The notes beneath the pieces were generated by a model, which was not told the DNA's origin, made no database searches, and saw only the letters and a list, made by a program, of their open reading frames with translations. Below, one piece after another: positions 19,609 through 27,714 of a stretch of DNA of 64,000 nt. Within the stretch, counting starts at the first letter, position 1; each line of letters begins with the position of its first letter. Origin of the DNA: an uncultured Planctomycetaceae bacterium (GTDB lineage: Bacteria > Planctomycetota > UBA1135 > GCA-002686595); contig CAYXTP010000004.1 of the NCBI GenBank assembly GCA_964467985.1, positions 152,874 through 216,873 on the forward strand. Reading direction: 5' to 3'. The translations under genes were made by a program, and so were the position numbers.

Positions 19609-20609
19609 GTGAGCCCCTGCTGCAAGCACGCAACCTGTGCAAGCACTTCCCCGTGGGCAAGAAGGGCTGGCGCGGCAACCAGCAAGAGTGGCTGAAGGCC
19701 GTGGACGGAGTGTCCTTCGACTTGCACGCGGGCCAGACCCTGGGTTTGGTGGGAGAATCGGGCTGCGGCAAGTCCACCTGCGCACGAACGATTGTCGGCC
19801 TTTACCCCCCCACCTCGGGCCAGGTTCTGTTCGAGGGCCAGGACTTGGGCTCCCTGAATGCCTCGGGTTGGGCTCCCTACCGGCGTCGGATTCAGATGAT
19901 TTTCCAGGACCCCTTCGCGTCACTGGATCCGCGCCAAACCGTGGGCTCAATCCTGACCGAACCCATGGCCATCCATAACCTGGGCAAACCACGCGAGCGG
20001 CGGCTGCGCTCCATGCAACTGCTCGAGGCCGTCGGGCTCAACCCACGCCACCTCTACCGCTACCCGCACGAGTTCTCGGGGGGGCAGCGTCAGCGCATCG
20101 GCATTGCCCGTGCACTCGCCCTCGAGCCGGAGGTGATCATCTGCGACGAGCCCGTCTCCGCCCTGGATGTCTCCATCCAGGCCCAGGTCATCAATCTCCT
20201 GGAGGAGTTGCAGGAGCGCTTCAACCTCGCGTACCTGTTCATCGCGCACGACCTGGCGGTGGTACGCCACATCTGTCAGCGGGTTGCAGTCATGTATCTG
20301 GGCCGCGTGGTGGAAGTGGCCGATCGCGACGCGCTCTTCTCGAACCCCTCTCATCCTTACACTCGGTCTCTGATGTCGGCCGTGCCCAATGTGGACCCGG
20401 AATTGGAGCGAACGCGCCAGCGAATCGTTCTCAGCGGGGACGTCCCCTCGCCCCTCGATCCGCCCACGGGCTGCACCTTTCACCCGCGCTGCCCCGAGCG
20501 AGACCAGGTGCCGGGGGACCGCTGCCAAAGGGAGGTTCCAGCCCTCCTGCCCTACGCCGAGGCCGACTCTGGTGGGAGCCGGCAGCGTTCATGCCACCTG
20601 GAGGCCTGA
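19605..20609 (+). CDS. ABC transporter ATP-binding protein (OppF/DppF-like), system 2
   Basis: Walker [10 protein letters not shown], signature [15 protein letters not shown], Walker B VIICDEPVSALD, and a 4-Cys C-terminal extension. Confidence 0.9.
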   Translation: MSEPLLQARNLCKHFPVGKKGWRGNQQEWLKAVDGVSFDLHAGQTLGLVGESGCGKSTCARTIVGLYPPTSGQVLFEGQDLGSLNASGWAPYRRRIQMIFQDPFASLDPRQTVGSILTEPMAIHNLGKPRERRLRSMQLLEAVGLNPRHLYRYPHEFSGGQRQRIGIARALALEPEVIICDEPVSALDVSIQAQVINLLEELQERFNLAYLFIAHDLAVVRHICQRVAVMYLGRVVEVADRDALFSNPSHPYTRSLMSAVPNVDPELERTRQRIVLSGDVPSPLDPPTGCTFHPRCPERDQVPGDRCQREVPALLPYAEADSGGSRQRSCHLEA

Positions 20610-20782
20610 GGCTCTGCAGAGCCCTCTGAGTGCCTCGGGGCAAGGCCTCCGAGTGGGTGCGTAGAACCAACCAGGGGACGAGTTTTACAAAGTTGCGCGT
20701 AACTCTCCTGGACCGCATGCGTAGAGATGGGTGAACGCGTGGGAGCTGGCAGGCACCCCACCGTTCGGAGGATTGCCTCGGA

Positions 20783-20819
20783 GGCACAGCATGTTTCCCA
20801 CGTGCTGTGCCTCTTTTTT
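20783..20819 (+). terminator. Rho-independent terminator of the system-2 opp-type operon
   Basis: GGCACAGCA (20783-20791) pairs with TGCTGTGCC (20803-20811) and is followed by TCTTTTTT. Confidence 0.7.
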
Positions 20820-20847
20820 GTGCCTCTTTTTTGTGCCTCTTTTTTTG
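20808..20847. repeat. 13-bp tandem repeat TGCCTCTTTTTTG x3, reiterating the terminator 3' arm plus T-tract
   Basis: Read directly: copies at 20808-20820, 20821-20833 and 20834-20847. The last copy has 7 T. Confidence 0.8.
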
Positions 20848-20930
20848 GGCCTCCCTAATCCACGGGCGTCACTCTCGTGCCTTCACTTGAACGCACATTC
20901 CAGGGCGGGCTTTGGGAGAGCCGTGCAGGC

Positions 20931-21308
20931 TCAGTTGCTGCCCTGAACCCAGGTCGCGCCCACCCAAACAGCGCTCAATCCGAGGCTGAGGTTGAGGCCC
21001 ACGTACAGCACACCACGTCCAATTTGATTCTGCTCAAACAGAGTCACAATCTCGTGGCCAAAGGTCGAGAAGGTGGTGAACGAACCCAGCAGGCCGACCA
21101 CCACAAATAGACGTGTGGTCTCCGAGAGACTGGGGTGATTTTGGGAAAATCCCAGTAACGCTCCGATGCCTAGGCATCCCAGCACGTTGATAGTGAGCGT
21201 CCCCAAGGGGTGCGCACCGGTCATTGTTGGGCGCAGCATTTGGGAGAGCCCATAACGGGACACGGCACCCAAGAAGCCACCCAGACCCACACACAGGAGG
21301 TTCCACAT
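20931..21308 (-). CDS. crcB: Fluoride ion channel CrcB/FluC
   Basis: 125 aa with four hydrophobic segments. Motifs GGFLGAVSRYGL, GTLTINVLGCLGIG and TTFSTFGHE are typical of CrcB. Confidence 0.9.
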   Translation of the reverse strand: MWNLLCVGLGGFLGAVSRYGLSQMLRPTMTGAHPLGTLTINVLGCLGIGALLGFSQNHPSLSETTRLFVVVGLLGSFTTFSTFGHEIVTLFEQNQIGRGVLYVGLNLSLGLSAVWVGATWVQGSN

Positions 21309-21410
21309 GAACCAAGGTTACACCTGTGGAGCCAGCCCTTGAAGCGCTCTCCAGAAACGCTGCCAAAAACACGGCTGGGGACTCTTACGCCCGGAAGCAC
21401 CGCCCTGGCC

Positions 21411-21455
21411 GCAAAAAAAGGCCGGGCGGGAACGCATGACCACGCTCCCGCCCGG
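21411..21455 (-). terminator. Rho-independent terminator on the minus strand, about 300 nt downstream of the 846-aa gene and upstream of crcB
   Basis: On the minus strand, CCGGGCGGGA, a 14-nt loop and TCCCGCCCGG form a perfect 10-bp stem (plus coordinates 21422-21455). The stem is followed by CCTTTTTTTGC. Confidence 0.65.
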
Positions 21456-21751
21456 ACACGAGTCCTGTCACACCCCGCTGCCCGCAGGGGTCTGAAAGCA
21501 CTCGAAGCGAGCTGTACGGTGAGCGCGTCACTGCCAAGTCCACGCCCGCCCACACAGTCCCGTAGTTCATCAAGTTCCGTGCCAGCCCCTACCTGCCCAG
21601 GGAGACCTGAGAGGGGGCTTGAGGCCTTGTCATGTGCGGTTTTTGCACCGCGGATGTGCGCTCAGCGCACATGCAGCCAGCGTGGCCATCCGCTCCAAAT
21701 CGACTGCAGAGCGCACAGGCCTTGGGCGCGCCGTACACGGCATCTCGACTC

Positions 21752-24292
21752 TCAGTCGTAGGCCACGACCGAGCCCTGGAAGGACCGCTCCAAATAGCCG
21801 CGCGTCACGTGCTCGAGCGCATCTTGCGTCTCGTCCACCTGCCCCCCTAGGCCTAACCAATTGCGTACCAAGAGCTGGGCCCCTCGCAAGCGCGCAAAGA
21901 CCTCATCCTCGGCCGCGGCCGGGGCGGGCAGACCCTGCCGAACAGCATCCGCATAGGCTGCGCAGTAGGCCGCCTCCATGGCCGTACGTTCGTTCCAATC
22001 GTTCCAGGTGGCGAGGTGCAGCCAGTCGGCGTCACTGTATTGAACGGCACGACCACAGGCCGCGAGGAAGTCCACTCCTGGAAGCGCGCCCACACGCACG
22101 GCCAGGGGCAAGCCATCACTGCCGAGCCCGTTCGGAGCGCCCCAACCCGCAACGCCGCTGTCGTCGAACCCAGGCCAGGCCATTGCCACGGAGAAGCGAT
22201 TGGGATCCAGGGCAGCCCAGGAAGTGGCCTCGCGATCGACGGCCGCTGCGAAGTCCTGCACTTCCGCCAGGCCGACCGCCTGCTCAATCCCCGCCAAGAA
22301 GTGAGCGTAGCTCTCGAAACGCATGATCGGTGGACCCACGAGTCGCCAACGCAAGGCCCCCGCGAAGGACTGCGAAGAAGCCGCGGGTGGTTGTCCCGCA
22401 ACGAATTCGGGCACCTCGCCTGTGGCTGCGGTGACCCAGGCCGCGATGTCCTGCCAGTCCGCGTCCTGCATGCACGGGCCAGATGGCATGCAGATCGTTG
22501 GCTCGAATACGAACACCACGGGCCGGCCCTCCCGCCTCCAAAGCGCTCGCCGAGCGGCGTAACGATCCAGGTACCAAATCAAGTCCGAAGCGATTCCACG
22601 CTTGCGGTCGTCGAAGCTCGGCTGACCGCTGACCCACCCCTGCATGTGCACCTTGGGCTCCAACATGAGACCCAGCTTGAAGTCTCCTCCATCGGCTTCG
22701 GCAGCGTCAAACAGAGCCTCCAATGCGCCCGCGTTGGGTGCCGATTCTCCTGGCAGCGCCGTCTGCTGATTCAACGCGTGTCCCAACCAGTCGAAGACAA
22801 AGGAATGCAGTCCGATGGCTCGCGCCTGGTTCACGTGCAGGGCAACGACATCCCGATCGCGTGAATCGTAGGTGCCGACTAGGGGCAGGTAGTTGGAACC
22901 ATCCAAGACACCAACGGCCCCATCTCGTCGGCCCGTGGTGCGCAGGCAGGTGGCGCTGGTCGCACAGTCGGGGTTGTGCGAGAGGGAGGTGTTTCCCGGA
23001 TCGCCATAAGGCGGATCGAGCCAGGCCCAATTGCCCCAAATGGCACGCGGGTCGCTGGGAGCCGCCAAGCTGCTGTCGGATAGCGGAGAGCGGTACCAGG
23101 CCACGTACCCCGCCGTAGCCAACCGCGGCGGGTTGCCGTCCACCGCACCCTCTTCCCCCACCTGGGCGAAGTCCACCGCCAGTTCTCCGGGGAAGTTCTT
23201 GGTCAGCCGCCACTCGAGCAAAGAGTGAGCCCCGATAGAGCGCAACGGATCCGTCTCCAGGTAGATCCAGCGCTGAATTTGACCGGCGACGGGATGGTGA
23301 CGAATGCGCGCCAACTCATCGGTCCCCCCCTGGGGCGAGTGGCCGAGCAGCACCAACTCCAACCACTGACTGTTGTCCTCTGATACGGGCAGGGGCCTAT
23401 CCCCCCGAACCTGGACCCACAATCCCGCTTCCAGTTGGTCCCCGTGCGCCGGCGCATCCAGGCCCGAGCGCAAGTCGAGCGTTTGACTCACTCGACTTGC
23501 GCCCTGCAGCAAGAGCAATCGGTTTCCGTAGTAAGGCACGGCACCCGATTCGATCCCCAGCGCGCGAACCGCACCCAGCGCGTCCCAGCCGGCGGGCAGG
23601 ACACCGGCCTGGTCAAAGCTCGGATTGCGCAGCGGAAAACTGGACTTGGTGCGCGCCCCGCACACAGCACGATCCACCCAAACACGCCCCGGCACTTCAA
23701 CTTCTACGGAGAGTTCCACGTGGCGCGAGTCCCCCTGCAGCCGACCTTGCGTGCCAGCCGAGGGGCGGGTGCGCAAATTGACCCAGCAGCCGCGCGGTAG
23801 GTCCGCACTGGAGACACTTCCCTGGGCTAGCCAGCGCGAGCCGCTGCTGCCATAGCTCTTCAACCCTAGGCGGATCTCGCCCACTCCAGCCTGGGGGTCG
23901 ACCCATACGCGGACCATGGCCTCCAGCCCCTGCCCCAGTTGCCCGAACTGGGGCACTTGCCGAAAGGTACTGCCGTGCGGGCCGACCTTGAAGCGCTGGC
24001 TCAGGCCTGAGCGCAGCGCTCCCGGGAACTGCTCGACTCGGGCGGCAGCACGCCCATCGGGGGCGGGCTGCCCCTGGAAGCTTGGGCCAGGGCCGAAACG
24101 GGTCCAGCCCTCGATGCCGGCCGCGAACTGGGAGTTGACCAGGGGCTGCCGGCGGTCGCTCCGGATGCCCACAGCCAGCGCCATGCAGCACTGCGTCCCC
24201 AAGCAGGAGATCAGAGCCACAAAGGCTGTCAGACGTCCCCCCCGCAAGCGACGAGCCCCACCGCGCTCGCCCCTGGAGAATGAGATCGGCAT
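21752..24292 (-). CDS. Secreted protein: N-terminal CBM4/9-like beta-sandwich region(s) plus a C-terminal GH99/WbsX-like (beta/alpha)8 glycosidase-like domain
   Basis: Signal-like N-terminus. N.FxxG..GW-type motifs (NSQFAAGIEGWTRFG, NPSFDQAGVLPAGWDALG) suggest CBMs. YLPLVGTYDSRDRDVVALHVNQARAIGLHSFVFDWLG and ATWNDWNERTAMEAA resemble the P.lG.Y.S.D..v...H...a...GI..F..sW / NEW.E.T motifs of GH99/WbsX families. The family call is tentative. Confidence 0.6.
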   Translation of the reverse strand: MPISFSRGERGGARRLRGGRLTAFVALISCLGTQCCMALAVGIRSDRRQPLVNSQFAAGIEGWTRFGPGPSFQGQPAPDGRAAARVEQFPGALRSGLSQRFKVGPHGSTFRQVPQFGQLGQGLEAMVRVWVDPQAGVGEIRLGLKSYGSSGSRWLAQGSVSSADLPRGCWVNLRTRPSAGTQGRLQGDSRHVELSVEVEVPGRVWVDRAVCGARTKSSFPLRNPSFDQAGVLPAGWDALGAVRALGIESGAVPYYGNRLLLLQGASRVSQTLDLRSGLDAPAHGDQLEAGLWVQVRGDRPLPVSEDNSQWLELVLLGHSPQGGTDELARIRHHPVAGQIQRWIYLETDPLRSIGAHSLLEWRLTKNFPGELAVDFAQVGEEGAVDGNPPRLATAGYVAWYRSPLSDSSLAAPSDPRAIWGNWAWLDPPYGDPGNTSLSHNPDCATSATCLRTTGRRDGAVGVLDGSNYLPLVGTYDSRDRDVVALHVNQARAIGLHSFVFDWLGHALNQQTALPGESAPNAGALEALFDAAEADGGDFKLGLMLEPKVHMQGWVSGQPSFDDRKRGIASDLIWYLDRYAARRALWRREGRPVVFVFEPTICMPSGPCMQDADWQDIAAWVTAATGEVPEFVAGQPPAASSQSFAGALRWRLVGPPIMRFESYAHFLAGIEQAVGLAEVQDFAAAVDREATSWAALDPNRFSVAMAWPGFDDSGVAGWGAPNGLGSDGLPLAVRVGALPGVDFLAACGRAVQYSDADWLHLATWNDWNERTAMEAAYCAAYADAVRQGLPAPAAAEDEVFARLRGAQLLVRNWLGLGGQVDETQDALEHVTRGYLERSFQGSVVAYD

Positions 24293-24542
24293 GGTCGTTG
24301 TTCGGTGTGCGGAGAACGTGCGTGGAGGCCCGAATCGTGGACCGGGGCATGGTACTCACTCGCGCAACACCGATCACACATTCCTTCTGGAGCCTGGGAA
24401 TTGGCCACAAACTGCCGCTACCCGAGCCTGCTGGGTCGCTGCTCGCGCGCGCCGCCCCAAAATCACAGAGCCCCGGGAACTGCCCCCAGCAGGCATTCCA
24501 GCCGGTCTCGACAGAATGGGGTCTGCTGAGGAGCCTGCGGCG

Positions 24543-26561
24543 TCAACGGGTGAGGCGCAGGATCAGACCGTCGGTCAGATTGCAGGCTGTCCATTCCCGC
24601 TCTCCGGGCCAACGCACATCCACGGCGATCACCGTCGTCCCGGCAGCGATTCCAAATCGCAGGGGCCCTAGGGTCTGAGACACAAAGGACCGATTCTCCG
24701 AACCGTAGCGCGCCACGCGCCGGCATCCGTCGTCGCGCGTCACGCGCACGAGAGTCCCGATTGGCTCGTAGGTTCCATTCGGTCCGGTCTGCGTCAAGTG
24801 CACTTGCAAGCAGCGGTTGTCGTGCTCGCTGCGGTTGTATCCCACGTAGCGCTCTTGGGCCACGAGGATGAGATCACTCTTGCCGTCGCTGTCCATGTCG
24901 GCTGCGGTGACGGCAAAGATCCGGTCATCGGGTTCAGGGCCGGCGGGCAGATCGGGCATCAAGTCCGAAAGGGGCACCCTGTCGAATTTTTGCCCCCCTC
25001 GGTTGCGCAACAGCAGGGGCTTGCGCCCCAGCGCCACCACATCGACGTACCCATCATCATCGACATCGACGCGGACGGTAGCTTCCGTGCCAAGCAGGGT
25101 GTCCAGCCCGAGCTGAGCGGTAGCGTCTTCGAAGACGTCCCCCCTTCTTAGGAACACGCGGTGGAATTTCTTTTGACCGATACTGCTCACCCACAAGTCG
25201 AGCGCACCATCTGCATCAATGTCGAAGACGGATAGTGTCGTCTTGTCGAAGCCCTCTTGTCGCAGCATGTACTGAGAGGGAAGCTTGAGTCCCAGGGGCT
25301 CGCCCGGCTGCACCGTAAACCTCCCAGATTGGGGATTGGTCTGAATGCTCAGTTGTTTCTTCGCGACGAAGATCTGATCCTGCCAGCCGTCCCCGTCGAC
25401 ATCACACCAAGCTGAGGCCTGGCCTTCCCACGAACTCAAGCCATGCAAGCGCGCACGATCGTTGAAACGCCCGCTGTCTGCGAGCCAATCTCCCGTCGCT
25501 ACCCACAGGCCGTTGGGTGAACGCCTGTTGGAGAGGGAGAGTTCCTGGCGGCCGTCGTTGTCCACGTCGACCCACTCCAGGCCGCGCCCGCGCGCAAAAT
25601 CCAGAGGAGTCTTGGACGTGTCCACCTGCTCGAAGATCGTAGGCTCACCCGTGAACGTGTAGATGCGATTCGCCTTGGGCGCGTCGGGATCCTGCAGAGT
25701 GCCGCGGTTGCCCCCGCGCGCGATGACCAGTTCGGGCTCGGGAGATCCGAACACCTGCATCCAGGCCACACCGTGCGGATCACTCTTGCGCAGGTCCAAG
25801 GTCGGCCCCTGGAATGCTGATGCCCTGGGACCTACCCAGTACGGCAAGGGTTCGACGCCGCCTGTGCCCTGCTCGATGCGCAGCCAAGCGCTCGGGTAGT
25901 CGTGCGTCAGTCGCACTTGACGTGCTGGCGCGCCGGATTGCAAGAGCAAAGAGACGCCCTGGTCGTCATCGTGAACCGACTCGCCGGGCAGCAACCCCTG
26001 CACTTCGGTCTCTTCGTTGCAGAACAATTCCAACGAAATCGATTGCCCGTCTTGGGGTGCGACGAGAAACAACGACCAATTGAGACGATGCTCGCACCAG
26101 ACGTGGATTCCAGGCCCACGGCTCTGGGCCCCATCGATCAGATCTCGCTCCCAGTTGGCGGTCAGGGAAGTCAGATCGGGTTGCAGGGTCAACCCCGAAC
26201 GATCGGCACCGCGGGCGTTCGTGATTTCCAGGCGCGGAGGTCTGTTCTCAAATAACTCGATTTCACCCAGGTGCCAGTTGATGAGCACATCCATGTCTCC
26301 GTCGAGATCCATGTCCGTTGCTAACACGTCGAACGCGCTGTACCCCCCCACCCGGCGCGACACCGGTTGGGTAACGGCTTCCCCCACAAAGGGTGTCTGA
26401 AGGTCGAATGCCAGGGGCGCCAGGGGCCGTGCAGCAGGTCCTACCAGCGCCCCGTCTGCCGTCCCGCCAGATTCGTCCGGGGAGTCCGCAGCGCCACAGG
26501 CCGAGATCAGGAGGAGCATCCAGAACGCACTCTGGGCCTTCGACCAGGGGGCGCGGATCAT
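24543..26561 (-). CDS. FG-GAP/VCBS-repeat lipoprotein with a C-terminal ASPIC/UnbV domain (CRTAC1-like)
   Basis: Repeated DxDxDG motifs (DMDLDGDMD, DVDNDGRQE, DVDGDGWQD, DIDADGALD, DVDDDGYVD, DMDSDGKSD). The ASPIC/UnbV-like end reads GPLRFGIAAGTTVIAVDVRWPGE. I place the start at M42 of the tracked ORF (MIRAPW...LLLISAC lipobox); the ORF track extends to 26684. Confidence 0.8.
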   Translation of the reverse strand: MIRAPWSKAQSAFWMLLLISACGAADSPDESGGTADGALVGPAARPLAPLAFDLQTPFVGEAVTQPVSRRVGGYSAFDVLATDMDLDGDMDVLINWHLGEIELFENRPPRLEITNARGADRSGLTLQPDLTSLTANWERDLIDGAQSRGPGIHVWCEHRLNWSLFLVAPQDGQSISLELFCNEETEVQGLLPGESVHDDDQGVSLLLQSGAPARQVRLTHDYPSAWLRIEQGTGGVEPLPYWVGPRASAFQGPTLDLRKSDPHGVAWMQVFGSPEPELVIARGGNRGTLQDPDAPKANRIYTFTGEPTIFEQVDTSKTPLDFARGRGLEWVDVDNDGRQELSLSNRRSPNGLWVATGDWLADSGRFNDRARLHGLSSWEGQASAWCDVDGDGWQDQIFVAKKQLSIQTNPQSGRFTVQPGEPLGLKLPSQYMLRQEGFDKTTLSVFDIDADGALDLWVSSIGQKKFHRVFLRRGDVFEDATAQLGLDTLLGTEATVRVDVDDDGYVDVVALGRKPLLLRNRGGQKFDRVPLSDLMPDLPAGPEPDDRIFAVTAADMDSDGKSDLILVAQERYVGYNRSEHDNRCLQVHLTQTGPNGTYEPIGTLVRVTRDDGCRRVARYGSENRSFVSQTLGPLRFGIAAGTTVIAVDVRWPGEREWTACNLTDGLILRLTR

Positions 26562-26749
26562 GGTTGCACGGGGACGGGCATGGCTGCTAGAAATCCTGCC
26601 AAACCCATCTTGGAGTGGCAACGCCATGGAACTTCGCCAGCGAATCGCGCTCGGCCGCCGGCTCCTTGATCGCGGCAGTTCCATCGAATCTCACAAGGCG
26701 TGTAGGACACCAACCAGATCGCACACTATGCGCCGAGGTTCCGTCGGCC

Positions 26750-27136
26750 CTAGACCCTGGCCACGCAATCGATCTCGACCTTGGCATCCTTGGGCAGGCG
26801 CGAGACTTCAACACAGGCGCGGGCGGGTGGGATTTCACCCTCGAAGGCTCGCGCGTAGACCTCGTTGACGGCGCCGAAGTCTTCGAGGTCTGTCAAATAG
26901 ACGTTGCACTTCAGAACCCGGTCCATGCCTGATCCCGCGGCCTGCAGCACCGCACTCAAATTGGCCAATGCCACCCTTGCCTGTTCAGCTGCTGTGCTTC
27001 CCTGCAACTCACCGCTTAGGGGATCCAGCGCGACTTGCCCAGAGCAATGCACGAGCCCGGCGGCAACGATGGCTTGACTGTAGGAACCGATCGCGGCCGG
27101 AGCTGCAGCGGTTTGGACGGGACGACGATCAGTCAT
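26750..27136 (-). CDS. ridA: RidA/YjgF-family reactive-intermediate deaminase
   Basis: 128 aa from the internal ATG. Motifs are AAPAAIGSYSQAI, CSGQVALDP, VLKCNVYLTDLEDFGAVNEVY and PARACVEVSRLPKDAKVEI. The tracked ORF's 94-aa N-terminal extension overlaps coaD and is rejected. Confidence 0.85.
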   Translation of the reverse strand: MTDRRPVQTAAAPAAIGSYSQAIVAAGLVHCSGQVALDPLSGELQGSTAAEQARVALANLSAVLQAAGSGMDRVLKCNVYLTDLEDFGAVNEVYARAFEGEIPPARACVEVSRLPKDAKVEIDCVARV

Positions 27137-27629
27137 GACTCTTGGACTCGGGAAAGCGCTTGTGCAGAGCTCGCAACACAGGGCCCGGCACAAAAGTGGA
27201 TGCATCTCCGCCCAAGCGCGCGATCTGACGCACCAGCGTGCTACTGATGTGGGCCGTTTCGGAAGCGGGAAGCAAGAAGACGGTCTCGATCTCCGGCGCC
27301 ATGGCTCGGTTGCTGAGGGCCATGGGACGCTCGTACTCCAAGTCGATCGTGCCGCGCAGTCCACGCAGGAGGACCTGCGCCCCCAAACTGCGACAGCCAT
27401 CGACTGCCAAGCCCTCAAAGGTGGTCACGTGTACGCTGTCCAGACCGGCCAGGCTCTCCTCGATCAGGGCGACACGCTCGTGCACGTCGAACAGGCCGTC
27501 CTTGGTGGGATGCTGGGCCACGGCCACCGTGAGTTCGGCGAAGAGGCCGCGGGCCCGACGCACGAGGTCCAGATGACCCAGCGTGAAGGGATCAAAGGTG
27601 CCCGGGAAGACAGCTGACTGGAGACTCAT
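27129..27629 (-). CDS. coaD: Phosphopantetheine adenylyltransferase
   Basis: AVFPGTFDPFTLGHLDLVRRA, LLRGLRGTIDLEYE and ISSTLVRQIARLGGD are classic CoaD motifs. The start is taken at MSLQSAVF, and the gene overlaps the ridA start by 8 nt. Confidence 0.9.
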   Translation of the reverse strand: MSLQSAVFPGTFDPFTLGHLDLVRRARGLFAELTVAVAQHPTKDGLFDVHERVALIEESLAGLDSVHVTTFEGLAVDGCRSLGAQVLLRGLRGTIDLEYERPMALSNRAMAPEIETVFLLPASETAHISSTLVRQIARLGGDASTFVPGPVLRALHKRFPESKSHD

Positions 27630-27714
27630 GCGGGCCATCCTAGCCCAGCGTCGCTGAAGAAGACATGCAACGCCTTGAGCCGTCACCCTCCAGCCGGCCC
27701 CGCGTCAGGTAGAC

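Noticed and set aside
19039-19992. 317-aa minus-strand ORF across the OppD/OppF junction of system 2. Similar long shadow ORFs occur at 29830-30699, 35142-36077, 21619-22326, 23916-24671, 40247-40987, 45791-46519, 55553-56377 and 61655-62311.
   Set aside because: Each overlaps a CDS with strong family motifs on the other strand or in another frame. Each has Arg/Pro/Gly/Ala-dominated composition typical of off-frame translation in high-GC sequence.
20808-20847. T-rich 13-bp repeats considered as a possible mini CRISPR or other array
   Set aside because: The repeats are directly tandem with no spacers, only 13 bp long, and form part of a terminator. There are no cas genes in the window.
21309-21410. 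Expected fluoride (crcB-motif) riboswitch upstream of crcB
   Set aside because: I read the minus-strand leader (…GGCAGCGTTTCTGGAGAGCGCTTCAAGGGCTGGCTCCACAGGTGTAACCTTGGTTCATG). I could not find the conserved GGnGAUGG…AACCGCC…CUGAUGAU.CCU core, only a vague resemblance (GGCUGGCUCC). An Infernal scan with RF01734 would settle it; a significant hit would overturn this rejection.
26750-27418. Long N-terminal extensions suggested by the ORF track. Examples are ridA 222 aa, cutA 191 aa at 49258-49833, the ALDH 572 aa at 32860-34578, murQ from 34473, the lipoprotein from 59418, and the FG-GAP protein from 26684.
   Set aside because: In each case an internal ATG yields a protein beginning where family homology or a signal peptide begins. 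The extension either overlaps the neighbouring gene or is Arg/Pro/Trp-rich non-protein-like sequence.
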